Below, piece by piece: positions 11,053-25,300 of a stretch of DNA of 64,000 nucleotides (position 1 is the first letter of the stretch; each line of letters starts with the position of its first letter). Origin of the DNA: Eledone cirrhosa (Eukaryota); assembly GCA_964016885.1 (NCBI GenBank), contig OZ024741.1, positions 167,400,001 to 167,464,000 of the forward strand, written 5' to 3'. The notes beneath the pieces were generated by a model. That model saw only the letters and a program-made list of their open reading frames with translations, was not told the DNA's origin and did no database searches. Position numbers and translations under genes: made by a program.

Positions 11053-11460
11053 AGGGCTGGCATTACCATTATGGATAATTAGGCAGACACCAAGACCTGG
11101 TACTCTCATTAAGGCCAACTAGGTAGTTACCTAGGGCTGGCTCTACCATTGAGACCAACCAGGAAGCCACCATGGGTGAAGGCCTCTGAGAGGGATACAT
11201 TACTGAACTGTACAGGATCACAATTTTATACAAATTTGTATAATTAAATTAAGTATATAATAATTTCCTGTGATCAATAACTAAATCACAAAACATCTTT
11301 ACCACAGAGTGGAAATATCCAAAGCTGTAGAGAGGCTGATATGGTGTGGGTGAGTGTGGAGTGTGAAGTGCAAGATACAGGCTTAGTGTGGTGAGCACAA
11401 GAAGTTTCACAACCTAAGATGAAATTATCATATTTGGGAGAATGGAGTGCATAACTTGGA
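11053..11460 (+). repeat. Interspersed repeat with 40-bp subrepeats (agggctggcactaccattaaggccaactaggcagctacct)
   Basis: A second family member lies at ~15370-15935, interrupted by a MITE. Both share the palindrome ttatacaaatttgtataa. Confidence 0.7.
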
Positions 11461-12554
11461 GAAGAGGGTGTACATTGTAGAGCTAGTCTCTGGTGCTAAA
11501 TACCTAGGCACCAGTTTTTACAATATCTCACATATTTAGTGAAGTGGATGTAGCTAATTTTAGTTCTGTCTATATCTTTAAACTGCATCTATTTTCAGGG
11601 TTTAGGATTGAAAACCCCTAGATATTGAGAAGAATGGAGCTGACTCTTATCTAAGAACACTAACAGGTCTGCTCTGACATAGAACAGTATCACATGCAAG
11701 GATTGCAGAGTAAACTGCATTACTAAATAACACTGATCTCAGAATAGAGTCCTGGACTAAACAGCAGTGATCCAGTAATATAAGATGAAAATTTGCATGT
11801 AACTTACAAATAGATAGTATAATGACTACTAGGCAGTCAAGCCCAAAACCAATGGCTACTTAATTGTAGGACTGGGAAGGAAACCTCCTATGACCAACTG
11901 CTAATACATTGTGGGACTGGGGAAAATGCCTCATTAGTCTAGAAGAGGACCTTCTAATAAAAATGTCAAATTGTTAGAGTGCCTGGTAACTGACAGGTCA
12001 AGCCTAGTCATATAATGTGTCATGCTGGTTTAGTTTGGGAATTACTTGGTTTCAATCATTAGGCTGTGGCCATGATGGAGCCTTGAAAGGATTTAGTCAT
12101 TAACATTGACCCCAGTATTTCTGGCACTTATTTTATTGATCCCTTTTTTATTGAACATTATGTTAGATAATCAAAAACAGAGACACAAATATAAAAAGAT
12201 ATAGAGACGTATATGTATTTACTCCTATATACATATATGCATATTTATGTGAGCATGGAAAATAGATGTAAAATAGTGATGATGATGATGATGAAGAGTA
12301 AGAAAATACATGATAAGCTTCTGCAGTTTCTGTCAACCTAGGTCCACTCACAAAACATTAATTAATTGGCTTGAGACTATAGTAAAAGATACTTGCCCAA
12401 GATGCTGTGCAGTGGGACTGAACTCAGAACCATGTAGTTGTGAAGTAAACTTCTTAACCATATAACCATGCCTACACCTATGTTAGCTGGACATTTAGTT
12501 GATCAGACAACTGAATATTCATCATTGAAACTGACGGAGGATCCATCATCATTG

Positions 12555-12850
12555 TAGAGGGTTGGACGCCATGCTTTCTAGCATAGTTACGTCCCTTTAC
12601 AGTCTGAGTTCAAATCCCGCTGAGGTTAACTTTGCCTTTCATCCTTACGGGGTCGATAAAATAAAGTACCAGTAATGTACTGGGTATTTGCTGGCCTTGT
12701 GCCTAAAGTAGAAACAATTATATTAGCAGAGAGTTATGGCCCTTTCAAATACTGCCGAGGCTTTCATCCTTACGGGGTCGATAAAATGAAGCACCAGTAA
12801 TGTACTGGTATAATTGCTGACCTTGTGCCAAAAAGTAGAAACAATTATAT
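12555..12850 (+). mobile_element. tRNA-derived SINE pair
   Basis: B-box GAGTTCAAATCC followed by core ttgcctttcatccttacggggtcgataaaataaagtaccagt. The same family is at ~16535-16715 (+), ~7540-7595 (-) and the copy-2 equivalents. Confidence 0.8.
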
Positions 12851-13247
12851 TACCTGTTTTCTTTTACTTGATGGTGGGACACGGGCAGTCAATGTAGAGA
12901 AGATGTAAAGGGTGGGTGGAAATTAGGTAAGCATGCTTCGATGGATGTGTAATGTTAATGTGCATGAACAATGAAGCATGGATGAGCATCATGAGAGAAA
13001 AACTGGGTGTAAGAGATATCAGATGTAGTGTGTGATAACTGTTGGGTGAAGAAGTGCCAAGAGATCCTAGTAGTAGGAAGTTATAATAGTGAAAAACCAA
13101 GGAAGACCTGGGAAGAGGTTGTGAGAGATGATCTCAAAATGCTTAACCCCACAGAAGAGATGACAGAGCAATGAAACAAGTAGCAGGCGGCTCTGAGGGA
13201 AAAGATCTGTTCAACCTACACAAGCATGGAAAAACAGATGTAAAAGG

Positions 13248-13410
13248 ATGATGATGATGATGGTGGTGGTGGTGGTGATGGGGACGATGATGATGGTGGT
13301 TTTGGAGGTGGTGATGATGATGATGATGATGGTGATGGTGATGATAATGATGATGATGGTAATGATAGTATTTGTAGTGGTGGTGGTGGTGGTGGTGGTG
13401 GTGGTGTGGT
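13248..13410. repeat. (GAT)n/(GGT)n compound microsatellite after an old LINE 3' fragment (~12900-13250)
   Basis: Direct reading. Copy 2 at ~47655-47812. Confidence 0.9.
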
Positions 13411-13742
13411 GATAATAGGAAATAGCTACAGTTATTGTTTTTTATATGAGAGGATGGGTAAACAAAAGTTTGTTAATCAATAAACATTTACAACACATTG
13501 ATTAAACACTAATAGAGAAACAAATGAACAAGGAAAGAATTTGAATGAATATTTATAAATATTGACAACTTAATCCTGCTTAAACCTTATATTTGCATCT
13601 TCAAGTAATTGTACCCTTTGTTATCTCACTAATTCACAGGTGCTGCACATTTCATAAATCACTGTTAACTACAATTGAAATTAAATATTTAAATAAGATA
13701 TGCATAAAGCCCTGTATAATCCTTCTGTCAAGAATATTATTC

Positions 13743-13751
13743 TATATAAAG
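13743..13751 (+). promoter_or_regulatory. Candidate TATA box (TATATAAAG)
   Basis: About 50 nt upstream of the ATG; also at 48148-48156. Alternatively ctttcag at 13781-13787 is an acceptor for an unseen 5' UTR exon. Confidence 0.45.
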
Positions 13752-13799
13752 ACTAGTCTGTTAAGGTTTGGTACATTGTCCTTTCAGGGTATTCTCACC

Positions 13800-13857
13800 A
13801 TGAAGACTGTATTGCTGATCCTAGTTAACTGCCTGTACGCCAGCGTCATTTGTCAGG
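13800..13857 (+). CDS. Exon 1: signal peptide [19 protein letters not shown](G)
   Basis: ACCATG start context, K followed by a hydrophobic core, donor G|GTAAGT (phase 1). Copy 2 at 48205-48262. Confidence 0.8.
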
Positions 13858-16256
13858 GTAAGTAGAGAGTATTAGCTACCTATCTTCTATATATCACTCA
13901 CTACATTTCGTTTCATGTGAGTAGAGAGTTTGGGCTATCTACCTTTCATATGTCACTCATGCATTTGGTGTAATGTAAGTAGAGAGTGTGGGCTACCTAC
14001 CTTCTATGTGTCACTACTCCATTTGGTGTAATGGGCATAAGGAGCAGGGATGACCCCTGATGGTGGAAAGCTTTACAGGGGTGCTTGCATATTATTTATT
14101 GTAGCAAAAAATTAATTTGGGAACCCTTTGAATATTGTGAGTACCTTGGTTAAAACCCAACCAGTCCCCCACCTTCACCCACCTACTCTCTGTCTGCAAC
14201 TGACTACCTTCCTTCCACATGTGTGTAGCTCATACATTTGATGTAATGTGTGCAGAGAGCTTCATAGATGTGACTTCACACATTTGGTGTAATGTAGTTG
14301 TTCTCAGAGACCCAAATTACAATCCTCCCCATGCAATCCTAGGTTTCTTCAATTCTTCCTCATTTTGAAATGTCATCTTTCACCTGAACAACATATTAAC
14401 ATGAGTAAACTTTTCAAACCTCCATAATTGTATATATAGTCCCATTTTGAATTGTCATCTAGTCACCATATTAACAAGCTTTTCAAAGCTCAATAATTGT
14501 ACATATATAGTCCCAAACAGGATTAAGTCTGAAGCAGCAATTTGTCTATGAACTGTTAATTTGTGATCTCTCTTATAGTTTGGTATATTACTATTTCATT
14601 TGATATGTAACCCCAATGTACAGTATTCTTTCCCAGTTTCGATATCTCCCTTGGCAAGTATTCCTCTCCAATCCCTCCCCAAGGAACCAAGAACTTCCTG
14701 TTCGAGAATAACTAGTGTAATATGAGAAGTTGAGGATGCAGCATGGCCAAATAGTTCAGACATTTGCTTCAGATTCGTTAGGTCCCAGGTTTGATTTCAA
14801 TGCGTGGTATCTAAGTCAAGTGCCATTAACTATAGCCTTGAGTTAACCTAAGATGTCAATAAATATATTATTAGTGAAGATCTCATGGTATTGCAACCTA
14901 CAAACTCTCTTGGGTTATATTAGCATTGTTCGATACACAGACCTTCATAAATTACATCAAATTTCAGATTTCATCCTTGTCTAGCCCTTTCATTACCATA
15001 TTTCTAATAAAATACACTATATTTGATTTAATAATGAACTTTTTGAAGGGGTTTACTAAAATTGTTAATTATTTCATTATTAAGATATTTGTAAAAATAA
15101 CTTAACAAAAGGGTTTTTATATTATATAAGATTTTGCTAGAAGGTTTCAAATGAATTTAATTTTCTGGTGGGACAAATTTCCGATTACTTATTTTATTCA
15201 TTTATTAATCTATTTCACTGCGTTTTACTTTATTTTCTATTAGACACTACGTCCGGTGATGTGATACGCCAGCGAAGAGCTATTAATTACAAACACCATT
15301 TAATTAATGTGGAAGTACCTGGAAGTAAGTATTGTCTTTTTTGTTCATTTTTTGTAGGATAATAAGAGAAGGCTGGGCCATCACAGCCATTAATGTCACA
15401 GCAATGGCGCTACTGTTAAGGCTAACTAGGCAGCTATCTAGAGTTGGTACTACTATTAAGGCCAACTTGGTAGCTATCTAGGGACAGCACTACCATTAAC
15501 CCTTTAGCATTTACATTACTCTACTATTGTATTTTTCTGATAAAGGCTTTATCTCACATAATTATGTTACATAATATTGAATCTTCAAGATTTTGATGAT
15601 GTTATTGCTTATTTTATGAACAATACCTTAACGTTGGTATAAGCAGCCTGTTATGGCCAGTTTGAACAAAAGGAAGTGAGAGAATTCTGGCCGGAAACAG
15701 TCAGTTAAGGCTAACTTGGCAGCTACCTAGGGTTGGTGCTACCATTTAGGCCAACTATGGAGCTATCTAGGGTTGGTGCTAGCAACTAGACAACCCCATG
15801 GGTGTAGACCTCAGAGAAATGCATTATTGAACCTTACAGAATCACAATTTTATACAAATTTGTATAATTAGATTAAATATATAATCATTTCCTGTCATCA
15901 ATAAATAAATCACCAAACATATTTGCAGTGTTGCAATATTGAAATATGGGGCAGCTCAAAGCTGCAGAACCCATCTTTTCTGTGGAGAGACATCAAGAGA
16001 GTTGTAGTAGGGGTAGTGGTAGGGGTTGTGGTAGTGGTTGTGATGATGTGGCAGTAGTAAACCAGAAAATTTGTTCAACTAACCACCTCTATAGTTATAC
16101 TTGCAATTTTACAGTTGTGAACCCATTCCTATAATAATTATACAGTTACTGTTTATCACGACATGCACATAGCTTATATGGCACATTGTAAAATATATTG
16201 TTACTATCATACTTATACAGTTACAAATTTCTACTGTTAGATATGTCTGTCACACA

Positions 16257-16320
<64 letters not shown>

Positions 16321-19300
16321 CACACACCTGCCAAACAAAGGTTTGGGAGAGCCCTTCAGTTGTGTCAAAGACATAACAATCTCCCAAGTGCTAATGTCAC
16401 TAAAAATGGACTTAGTAGAACACTGGATAATATGTAAGCGAGATACAGGTCCTCAGTCTATCTATGAATCAGCTGCATTCAGATCTGGATAGGGATGGTG
16501 GGCTCAGCCACATTTTAGAAATGCCCAAGTCATTATTGGCAGTATCGGTAATGTCGGATGCCATGCTTTGCAACATAGAGTTACGGCCCTTTACTGTCTG
16601 AGTTCAAATCACGCCAAGGTTAACTATGCCTTTCATCCTTACGGGGGTCGATAAAATAAAGTACCAGTAATGCACTGGGATAATTGCTGGCCTTGTGCCA
16701 AAAGTAGATACAATATTTTGACCCTATGACTCAAACAGGAGTTAAGTGCTCTTTCCTTTATTAATATTCTAAGTAAGATTGGGTGTTCTTTTATTTTAAG
16801 TTTCTTTTAAGAATCACAGAAATTTGGCAATCTCCAGCAATCACTATACATAATCAGGCAATAAAATGTAATCCCAAGTATAGAAAGGAGATGACAAAGG
16901 TGTGTGTAAAAGAAGGAGAGGTGGGCAAAGCGAACGAGAGTGAAGAGGAAGAGAGAGAGGGGGAAGAGAGACAGAAAGGGGGAAGAGAGACAAGAATTAT
17001 TCTTATGAAAAATATTGCTTATCCTCAACTGATGAGTGAAATATTTCGTTTTAGTAGTTTCTTTCATTTGACCCTTTAGCATATAGATTACTTTATATTT
17101 ACTATTGTGTTTGTAGTAAAGGATCTATCTTACATAATTATCTCACATAATATCAAAGATTTTGATGTTATTTATTTTGACGATAATACCTTAACATCAG
17201 TATGAGTGGCTGGTTACGGCTGGCTTAAACAGAAAGAGGTGAGAGAATTCTGGCCAGATATGGCCAGTTTAAATACTAAAGGGTTAAATCTATTTGATTT
17301 ATTTTGGTGTGTTGTATATATGTAATTACCTAATAAAATATTTTAAATGTCATATTGATCTTTAATACTTGATGATTGTTTCTAATTATACCGTGGAATT
17401 TCCATGGAGTCAGCTTGTTTGTTTTAAAGTGTTCATGTCATCATCATCACCGGTTAATGTCCATTTTTCCACATAAGCATAGATTAGACAAGTTGTCCCA
17501 TTGTAAGACAAGCCAGATCAGATGACCATGTCTTACTCATACAGAATTATTTCTTGTTTGGTTTCTGGGCACTTTTTGTCATGTCACCAACACAACCAAT
17601 TTAAGTGTAGACTGAGTGCTTTTTTTGTGGAATAATTTTAACTTTTCACCATAATTTTATGTTAGAAAATTTTGTTATGTGGTGTCAAACAAAAGCTATA
17701 GAATAAAAAAAATTAGTTATTTTAATAAATTCCTCAATATTCTTGATTATTTTCAAAGTTAGCTGAAAATCTCAGGCAATATACCTCATTAGAAATATGG
17801 TAATGAAAGGATTAAAAGAGACTTAAAGCAAAAGAATGCTGAAAGATTGCATTTTTTGCCAATTTTTTCTTTTCATTCTACGTTTTGATGTTCCCTTCTT
17901 CTTGCAGGTTTCTTTATGAAAACATGGTTTATTGAAGTGACAAGATGTTTTGTTCCCCACTACACCTATATCACCATTCTCGATGACATTTCACTGGAAC
18001 ACTGTTCTTACAAGTGTCTTCTCATGTACGGATGCAAGTCATTTGAGTATGCGAAAGAGAGACACCAATGTTTCCTCTCTCCCTTTAATGCCCAGACATA
18101 CAAGGCCAGATACAGCTTTGATCGAGACTACTACCAGATGATAAAGCGTATGTATATTAGGATTAACTCTTTTATAACGATTTTTCTAAACTTAAGAATT
18201 TCTCACTAGTTTAACCCTTTAGCATTTACATTACTCTATATTTACTATTGTATTTTCATGGTAAATTTACCTCACATAATCATTTCACATAATATTTAAT
18301 CTGTGAGATTTTGATATTATTTATTTTGAGAAAAAAACCTTAACATAAGTATGAGTCGCCAGTTATGGCTGGTTTGAACAGAAAGAAGTGAGAGAATTCT
18401 GGTCGGATATGGTCAGTTTAAATGCTAAAGGATTAAGCATGGCAGTTATTGTAATTAGTTTCATATATGCTGCATCTGTGTATTAATTTTTAGTTTACTT
18501 TCTGATATTAGTAAAGTCTGCATAATCGTTCACTTTGTTTTGTTTAGAATTTTATATCAAACATCCATGATTTCTCACCACTCCATCATCATTTACTACC
18601 ACTACTAAGCATGGGATAAATACACCATTAATATGACCATTCTGATTCTGAAGATGGAACCACGAAGGCCTCAAAACATTAATATACTTATGCATTTAGG
18701 AACTTCACTGTTCCAAACTAAACACCAAGAACTAATAAGGAAATATGAAAGTATTTTAATGAAATTATCTAACTGAAGCACAGTCATATTTTCAATATAA
18801 CATGTTTGAAAGGAAAGCTGCTCTCTACTTATACAACTATATATATATGTGTGTGTGTGTGTAAAACATAGGATTGTCATGGATGAAATGTCTTTGATCA
18901 TTGGAATGTCAGTCATTTCAGGGTTGACCTAAATCTAAACAACAACCTTTGAGTAACTATCCTCTCAGAGTTGCTTCTTTTGATTGGATTTTGTTATTCT
19001 TTTTTAACTGTCATCATCATTCTCAGCAGTGCTAGCTTCGTCTTCTTTATAATCATTATCAACATGATTTGAAATTTTCATTTTATTAGAAGAGTCATTT
19101 CAGCCATTTAAAAACACAAAAACTGTTAAATTCACTTTGCATTTATCATTTATTGCTTGGAGTCAACATTTTCGTCACACTATTTGCGATCTCGTCACTG
19201 ATAGTTTCCACAGAGCAATGAAAATGTTGATACCAAAATATAAATGATAAATATAGAGGCATGTTAGCCATTTGGTCATTTTGGGCAATGTCCAATGGTC

Positions 19301-22300
19301 TGCTGGACTGTATTAAAGTAAAAATAGCTAATAAAGTGTCATGAAAAACTTCATAATGTTAGAAACAAAAATTGAAAATACCTTAGCTAAGCAATGAAAA
19401 CACACCCCTAGCCCTCACAATCTATTAGTCAGTGTCAACTTGATTGAACAGTGAAAACACACCTCTGGCTGTCATCGGTCAGCAGTCTTTTATTTGTTTT
19501 TACAGAGATGAGAAGGGAAAACACACTTCTGGCTCTCAGCAGTCAGCTGTCTGTTAGTCAGTATCACTTGTTTGAAGATCCTGTTTGCTTCTGATTAAAT
19601 GTAAAGTGAAGTTAATGATTTTTGTGTGCTTTTCAATGGCTAAAATGACTCTTCCATGCTGTTCTTTTTTTAGTTTCAACACAGTCACAGATCAAGTTAT
19701 TTGCCAGACAAATACAACTGTAGCTAAAATGGCTCTTCCACATTGTAAATGCCTTAATTTCAACACATGGTCTCAGATTTAGTTACCTGCCAAACAGTTT
19801 CAATGCACAGTGTCAAATCAAGTGTTTGCCAGAAAAGTACAATTCTGCCATTTTATTCTTGTGTTTTTATTTATTATTCCAGCTAATGATGAATTTGTTA
19901 AGATACTCGGAGTATCAATTAGAGGCCATGACCTCATGAGAATACGTAACATTGATGTGGAAGACTGTCTTCATAAATGCAAGAATTTGCCAGAATGTTC
20001 CATGGTAGAATACAAAAAAGAACAGGCCAAATGTGATTTATCCAATGTCACTTACTCTACATACCCACTCAGTGTGAATGCCTTTGGATGGGACTTCTAC
20101 CAGAAAAACCCGGGTATGTTGTTAAAAGTATACTTAATTTTATTATTCCAAAGCAAGGTATTAACCTGCCTGAAACCACTCTGAGTTTGATACAGAACTG
20201 CCAATTTTAAAGTGTTCATTACTTGTTTAAAACTTTCCATCGTAATTGTATTAAGAATGTTTTGTTCAGCAATGTTCAAAACCATAGCTTAATAATAATT
20301 GTTTCTACCTTTGGCACAAGGCCAGCAATTATCCCAGTGTATTACTGGTACTTTATTTTATCGACCCCGTAAGGATGAAAGGCAAAGTTAACCTTGAGGG
20401 GATTTGAACTCAGACCGTAAAGGGACGTAACTATGCTGGAAAGCATGGTGTCCGACCCTCTACCGATACTGCCAACCCATTAATAATAATGATTTCTGAT
20501 TTAGGCACAAGGCCAACAGTTTTGGGAAAGAGCAAAGTCGATCGAATAGATTGCAGTGCATTACTGGTGCTTTATTTTATCAATCCCATAATAATTTTGG
20601 GGGAGGGGAAGATAATGATTTCTACTATAGGCACAAGGGGAGGAGAAAGTTGATTAAATCAACTCCAGTGCATTGCCGGTGGTTTATTTTACCAACCCCG
20701 TCAAGATGAAAAGCAAAGTTAACCGTGGTGGGATTTGACCCAGAACGTAAAGGGCCATAACTCTATGCTATAAAGTATGGTGTCTGTTGCTTTACCGATA
20801 CTTCCAATTCACTGCCAATTACTAGCTTACTATTAATAAAGTTAGTTATTTTATTAAATCCCTTCAAATTTTTGATTATTTTCAAAATTAATAGAAACAC
20901 ATAAGTAGTGTCTTTCATTAGAAATATGGTAACAAAAGGGTTAAAATGTATGTTGCCGTATTCAAATGGATTTTCTTATGAACTTTTTCCAGTTTATTGC
21001 AACTTGAAATGTGGACCTAGGGAATGGTGCCAGGTTAAGAACTCCCAGCAAAAGTGTGTTTGTTATCCAGGGTGTGTGAAACTACCCTCAGGAAATGGAT
21101 GTTATGGTAAGATATGAGCTTGTTCATGATGTTGCTGCTGTCAGCTTTTTATTTCTATTTTCGTTTTTTATATTGCAACACTTGATCACATACACAAAGC
21201 ACACACATATATGACTGCACATACACACACACACATACAGGCACACAACATACAAACATCCCGTAAACACACACAAATACATGTAAACACAAACACAGGC
21301 ACCCACACATACACTGGATACATATACACAAACACACATATACAAACATACACACACACACAAATACACATACAGATACTCGTGCATATATATAAAATTC
21401 GTTTGTGGCTTGATGGTTAGGAAGTTTACTTCACAATCCTGAGCTTCAGGGTTGAGTTCTGTCCCACTGCATGTTATCTTGGGCAGGTGCCTTTTACCAT
21501 AGCATTGGGTAGACCCAAGTATTTTCAGTGAAATTGGATAGACAGACATTGTATGTAAGCTGCTCTATATCTGTAAAATAAATTAGGAACCTTGTTACAT
21601 CATTTCACACATATTCCACATGAGAATTACATTAACCCTTTAGCATTTAAACTGGCCATATCCGGCCAGAATTCTCTCACCTCTCTCTGTTCAAACTGGC
21701 CATAACTGGCCGAAGTTATTGTTCTCAAAATAAATAACATCAAAATCTCATAGATTCGATAATTACGTGAGTGAAGCCTTTACCACAAAAATACAATAGT
21801 ATATATATAGAATAATGTAAATGCTAAAGGGTTAAAGGTTCATTTATCTGTGGAATATTCAATCACTTTACACAATTGTAGATTGTGCAGTTAATCAAAC
21901 AACTGGAAGCTCATATGTCCTCTACAATGAAGTCATCATCATCATTATAATCATTTTATGTTATATAAAATGAGCTTCTGCAGTTTACATCTCCCAAATG
22001 TTATTCACATGACATTTGTCAACCCATGGCTAATGTAGAAAACCCATGCTTAAAGTGCTGCACCACGAGACTGGACCAGGACTATGTGATTGTAATGTGT
22101 AATCTTTAACCACACAGAAGTACCTGCACCTAAAATATGTATTCTAAAGAGCAAAATTGGGATTACCTGATATCTGTTTGTGACCTGAGAGTGAAAGGAT
22201 GACTGAAAAGATTTTTAAAATATAACCTTAACTATGAATATATAAATAAATTGTGAAGACTGACTTGCTTGTTTGAAATGTCAACTGATGATACAGAGGT

Positions 22301-25300
22301 CACCTAGTTTAATAAAACACAAAAGAGGGGAAAAAATGGAGAAAATGTACTTTACTATATATGCCTCCTTATCATCTGTCCAATGTGACAAGAGTAATTT
22401 TTTCATGTTTTTTTCTCACTGTCATACCTGAAATTTAAACTCTACTGGCCTTGGCCTCCTTATGACAGATGAGCTTTTAACTGCCTTGAACTTTATATTA
22501 TTCATGTTGTACTGATATTTATAATGTAATAGATGAGTGGAATATAGCTCAGGGAGAGGAAGACAAACAATGATTTGCAGAAGAACATAGGAATAGAGCC
22601 AGTGATAAATGTTGTAAAAAGAAATGGAATGAAATTGTTGGGTCATGTGTTGCAAAAGATGAAAAAGTGACTCAGTGTTGGGGATAGAACCAGTGATGAA
22701 TGTTGTGGAGAAAAATGAAATGAGATGGTTGGGTCAGGTGTTGAGAAACGATGACAATAACTGGGTGAGAGGGCTGATTGACATAGAGCCAGTGATAAAT
22801 ATTGCATATTTATATACAAACACATGGTGTATCATTATCTCTAACATCAAATTCCATAACAACTATGGAATTTACACCTGCAATGTTGCGACGTCACCTT
22901 AAGAATAAGCGCAACTATGCCTCCCCTGGTCTTGATGGTGTGACATACCTGCTTCTCAAACGTGGCGGGGATTTCCTTTTGTGCCAGCTTTCTTTTTTCT
23001 TTCAATACTGTCTCAGCAATGGTGCTACTCCGGAGCAGTGGAAAACTGCCAGTGTCATTCCCCTGTTCAAAAAGGGCAACCGCATGTCACCTGTCAACTA
23101 TCATCCAGTCAGTCTTACTAGCTGTATGGCCAAACTGATGGAATCCTGTGTCAGAGAAACACTTTGGAACTTCTGGAGCTCTCACAGCCTCATCCGGCCC
23201 TCACAGTTTGGATTTATCCCTAACTCCAGCTGCTGTGATCAGCTTATCGAGTTTCTTGAGGACATCACCCGGATCACTGACAGTGGCTCATGGGTGGATG
23301 TTGTTTACCTTGACTTTGCTAAGGCGTTTAATTCTGTGCCACACAAAAGACTTATGGCAAAACTCTCTGCAATGGGTGTGAGGGATGATCTTTTCGACTG
23401 GCTGAAATCCTTCATTCTCAGCCGAAAGGAAGTAGTCACGGTTCTAGGACAGCATTCTTCACCATATGAGATGTCATCTGGTGTACCACAGGGATCTGTT
23501 CTTGGTCCTCTTTTGTTTGTGGCATATATTAATGACATAGATGCCAACTTACAGAATGCCACGGTACTAAAATATGCAGATGACATCAAGCTGTACCTTG
23601 AAATCAAAAGGACTGATCCTGAAATTTACAACTCTTTCCTACAATCAGACCTGGACACAATGCAGCAATGGATCACAGACTGGCAACTGAAGCTGGCTGT
23701 GGACAAGTGTACCACCATGCATTTTGGAAGGAAAAATCCAGCGTCCACATACTCCCTCCACAACACTGACATCAAAAAGTCCTCTTGTGAACGTGACCTG
23801 GGCATTACTGTCAGCAACGATTTGCGTTGGACAAAGCATGTCTCTAAGATTGTCAAGAAGGCCGAGGGTGTCTTGGCATCACTCAGCAAGACCTTTGTTA
23901 GCCGCTCTCCAGCCATCTATTTAAAACTGTATACAGCTATGGTGCGACCACACTTGGAATTCGCATCATCAGTCTGGAACCCCTATCTTGCTCGGAACAT
24001 TGACCTCCTGGAAACTGTTCAGAGACGTGCAACCAAGCGCATACCCTCCATCAGACACCTACCATACTCTGAACGCCTTGCTTCCCTGGGCATGGATTCA
24101 TTGAAGCTCCGACGTCTGGCAATGGACTTGGTGAATACCCACAAAGTTTTTAACCATCTCGCCAACTGCAACCCTGAGCGCCTCTTTGATCTCCATGTGT
24201 CTAACACACGTGGACATGCCTACAAGATAAGAAAACAGCACAGCTCCCATGACTTTCGCAGACATTTTTTCACGCTCAGAGATGCTGAAGCATGGAACAA
24301 ACTACCTGCGTCAATTGTTAGCTGCCGAGACACTGCATCCTTTAAGACACTCATGCTTCCCAAAATACGCCAAAACTACACCTGATGTACCCCTTCCATA
24401 CACATGCACACATGTGTGTATCATGACTCGTGCACTGTTCATTTTACTGATGTTTGTGCATTGCCCTATGTACTGTACATGCACTTTTTTGATGAGTTGT
24501 GGTGCACCTGGGCACTGTGCACAATATTTCGTTATTGTTATTATATCATGACTCATACACTGTCTATTTTCCTGACATTTGTACATTATTCTATGTACTA
24601 TACATGCACCTTTGATGAGTTGTAGTGCACCTGAGCACTGTACACAATAATTTCATTATTATTATTATTATTATTATGGCACTGCATTTCCTATATCAAT
24701 TATGTTGTAACATTAATAAGTTCACTTTCCAATCACAAGCTCCTGGGTTCTAACCCTATATTTTTGCCTGTAAATACATTTAATCCTGTGTGTCATTTGT
24801 ATGTACATGGCGAACATTTATATAATTATATCCTAGAAACAAATTATTAAAACATAATTTTCAACTTTAATCACTTCCACATATCAGTAATTAACATAAG
24901 CTATAGGGTTTCAATTATGCAAACCTTGATTTTATCAAAATGCAAATTTCCCAGTTTGTATGTTTGTTCATATATCCAGTAGTCTTGGTATATATGGTAC
25001 ACCAATCATAGATGCCAAAAATTAAATAGATTCAATGCTATTGTCATCATTATTGACAGTACTGGTTCACTACTACTAATATAACAATCAACATTTTTTT
25101 GTTACAGAGAAACCAATATATAAAGGCAAAACATGTAAATGTTCAGCATCTGGGGATCCTCATTACCGGACTTTTGATGGCCAGTTGATCCACTTCATGG
25201 GAACTTGTAAATACACTTTGGCACAATCTCTGCATTCTGAAGGTGTTGAATTCTTCAAAGTTGAAGTGAAGAATGAAAACAGGGGTAACTCAAAAGTCTC

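Noticed and set aside
12555-12625. tRNA gene
   Set aside because: Only a B-box in a SINE head; no cloverleaf, and it is followed by the SINE core.
16360-16433. Possible extra exon (cttcag|TTGTGT...AT|gtaagc) in intron 2
   Set aside because: Phase-1 entry from exon 2 hits TAA within a few codons, and exon 2 splices cleanly to exon 3.
17030-17050. CTGATGAGTGAAA hammerhead-like core
   Set aside because: There is no room for stem II and no stems I or III.
18648-18680. ctgaagatgg...ggcctcaaaac as another hammerhead
   Set aside because: GAAA is absent, stem II is imperfect, no stem I was found, and the core is mutated in copy 2.
22802-24385. 527-aa ORF as a host gene or exon
   Set aside because: It is a 5'-truncated CR1 RT, absent from copy 2, and its start lies in flanking intron sequence.
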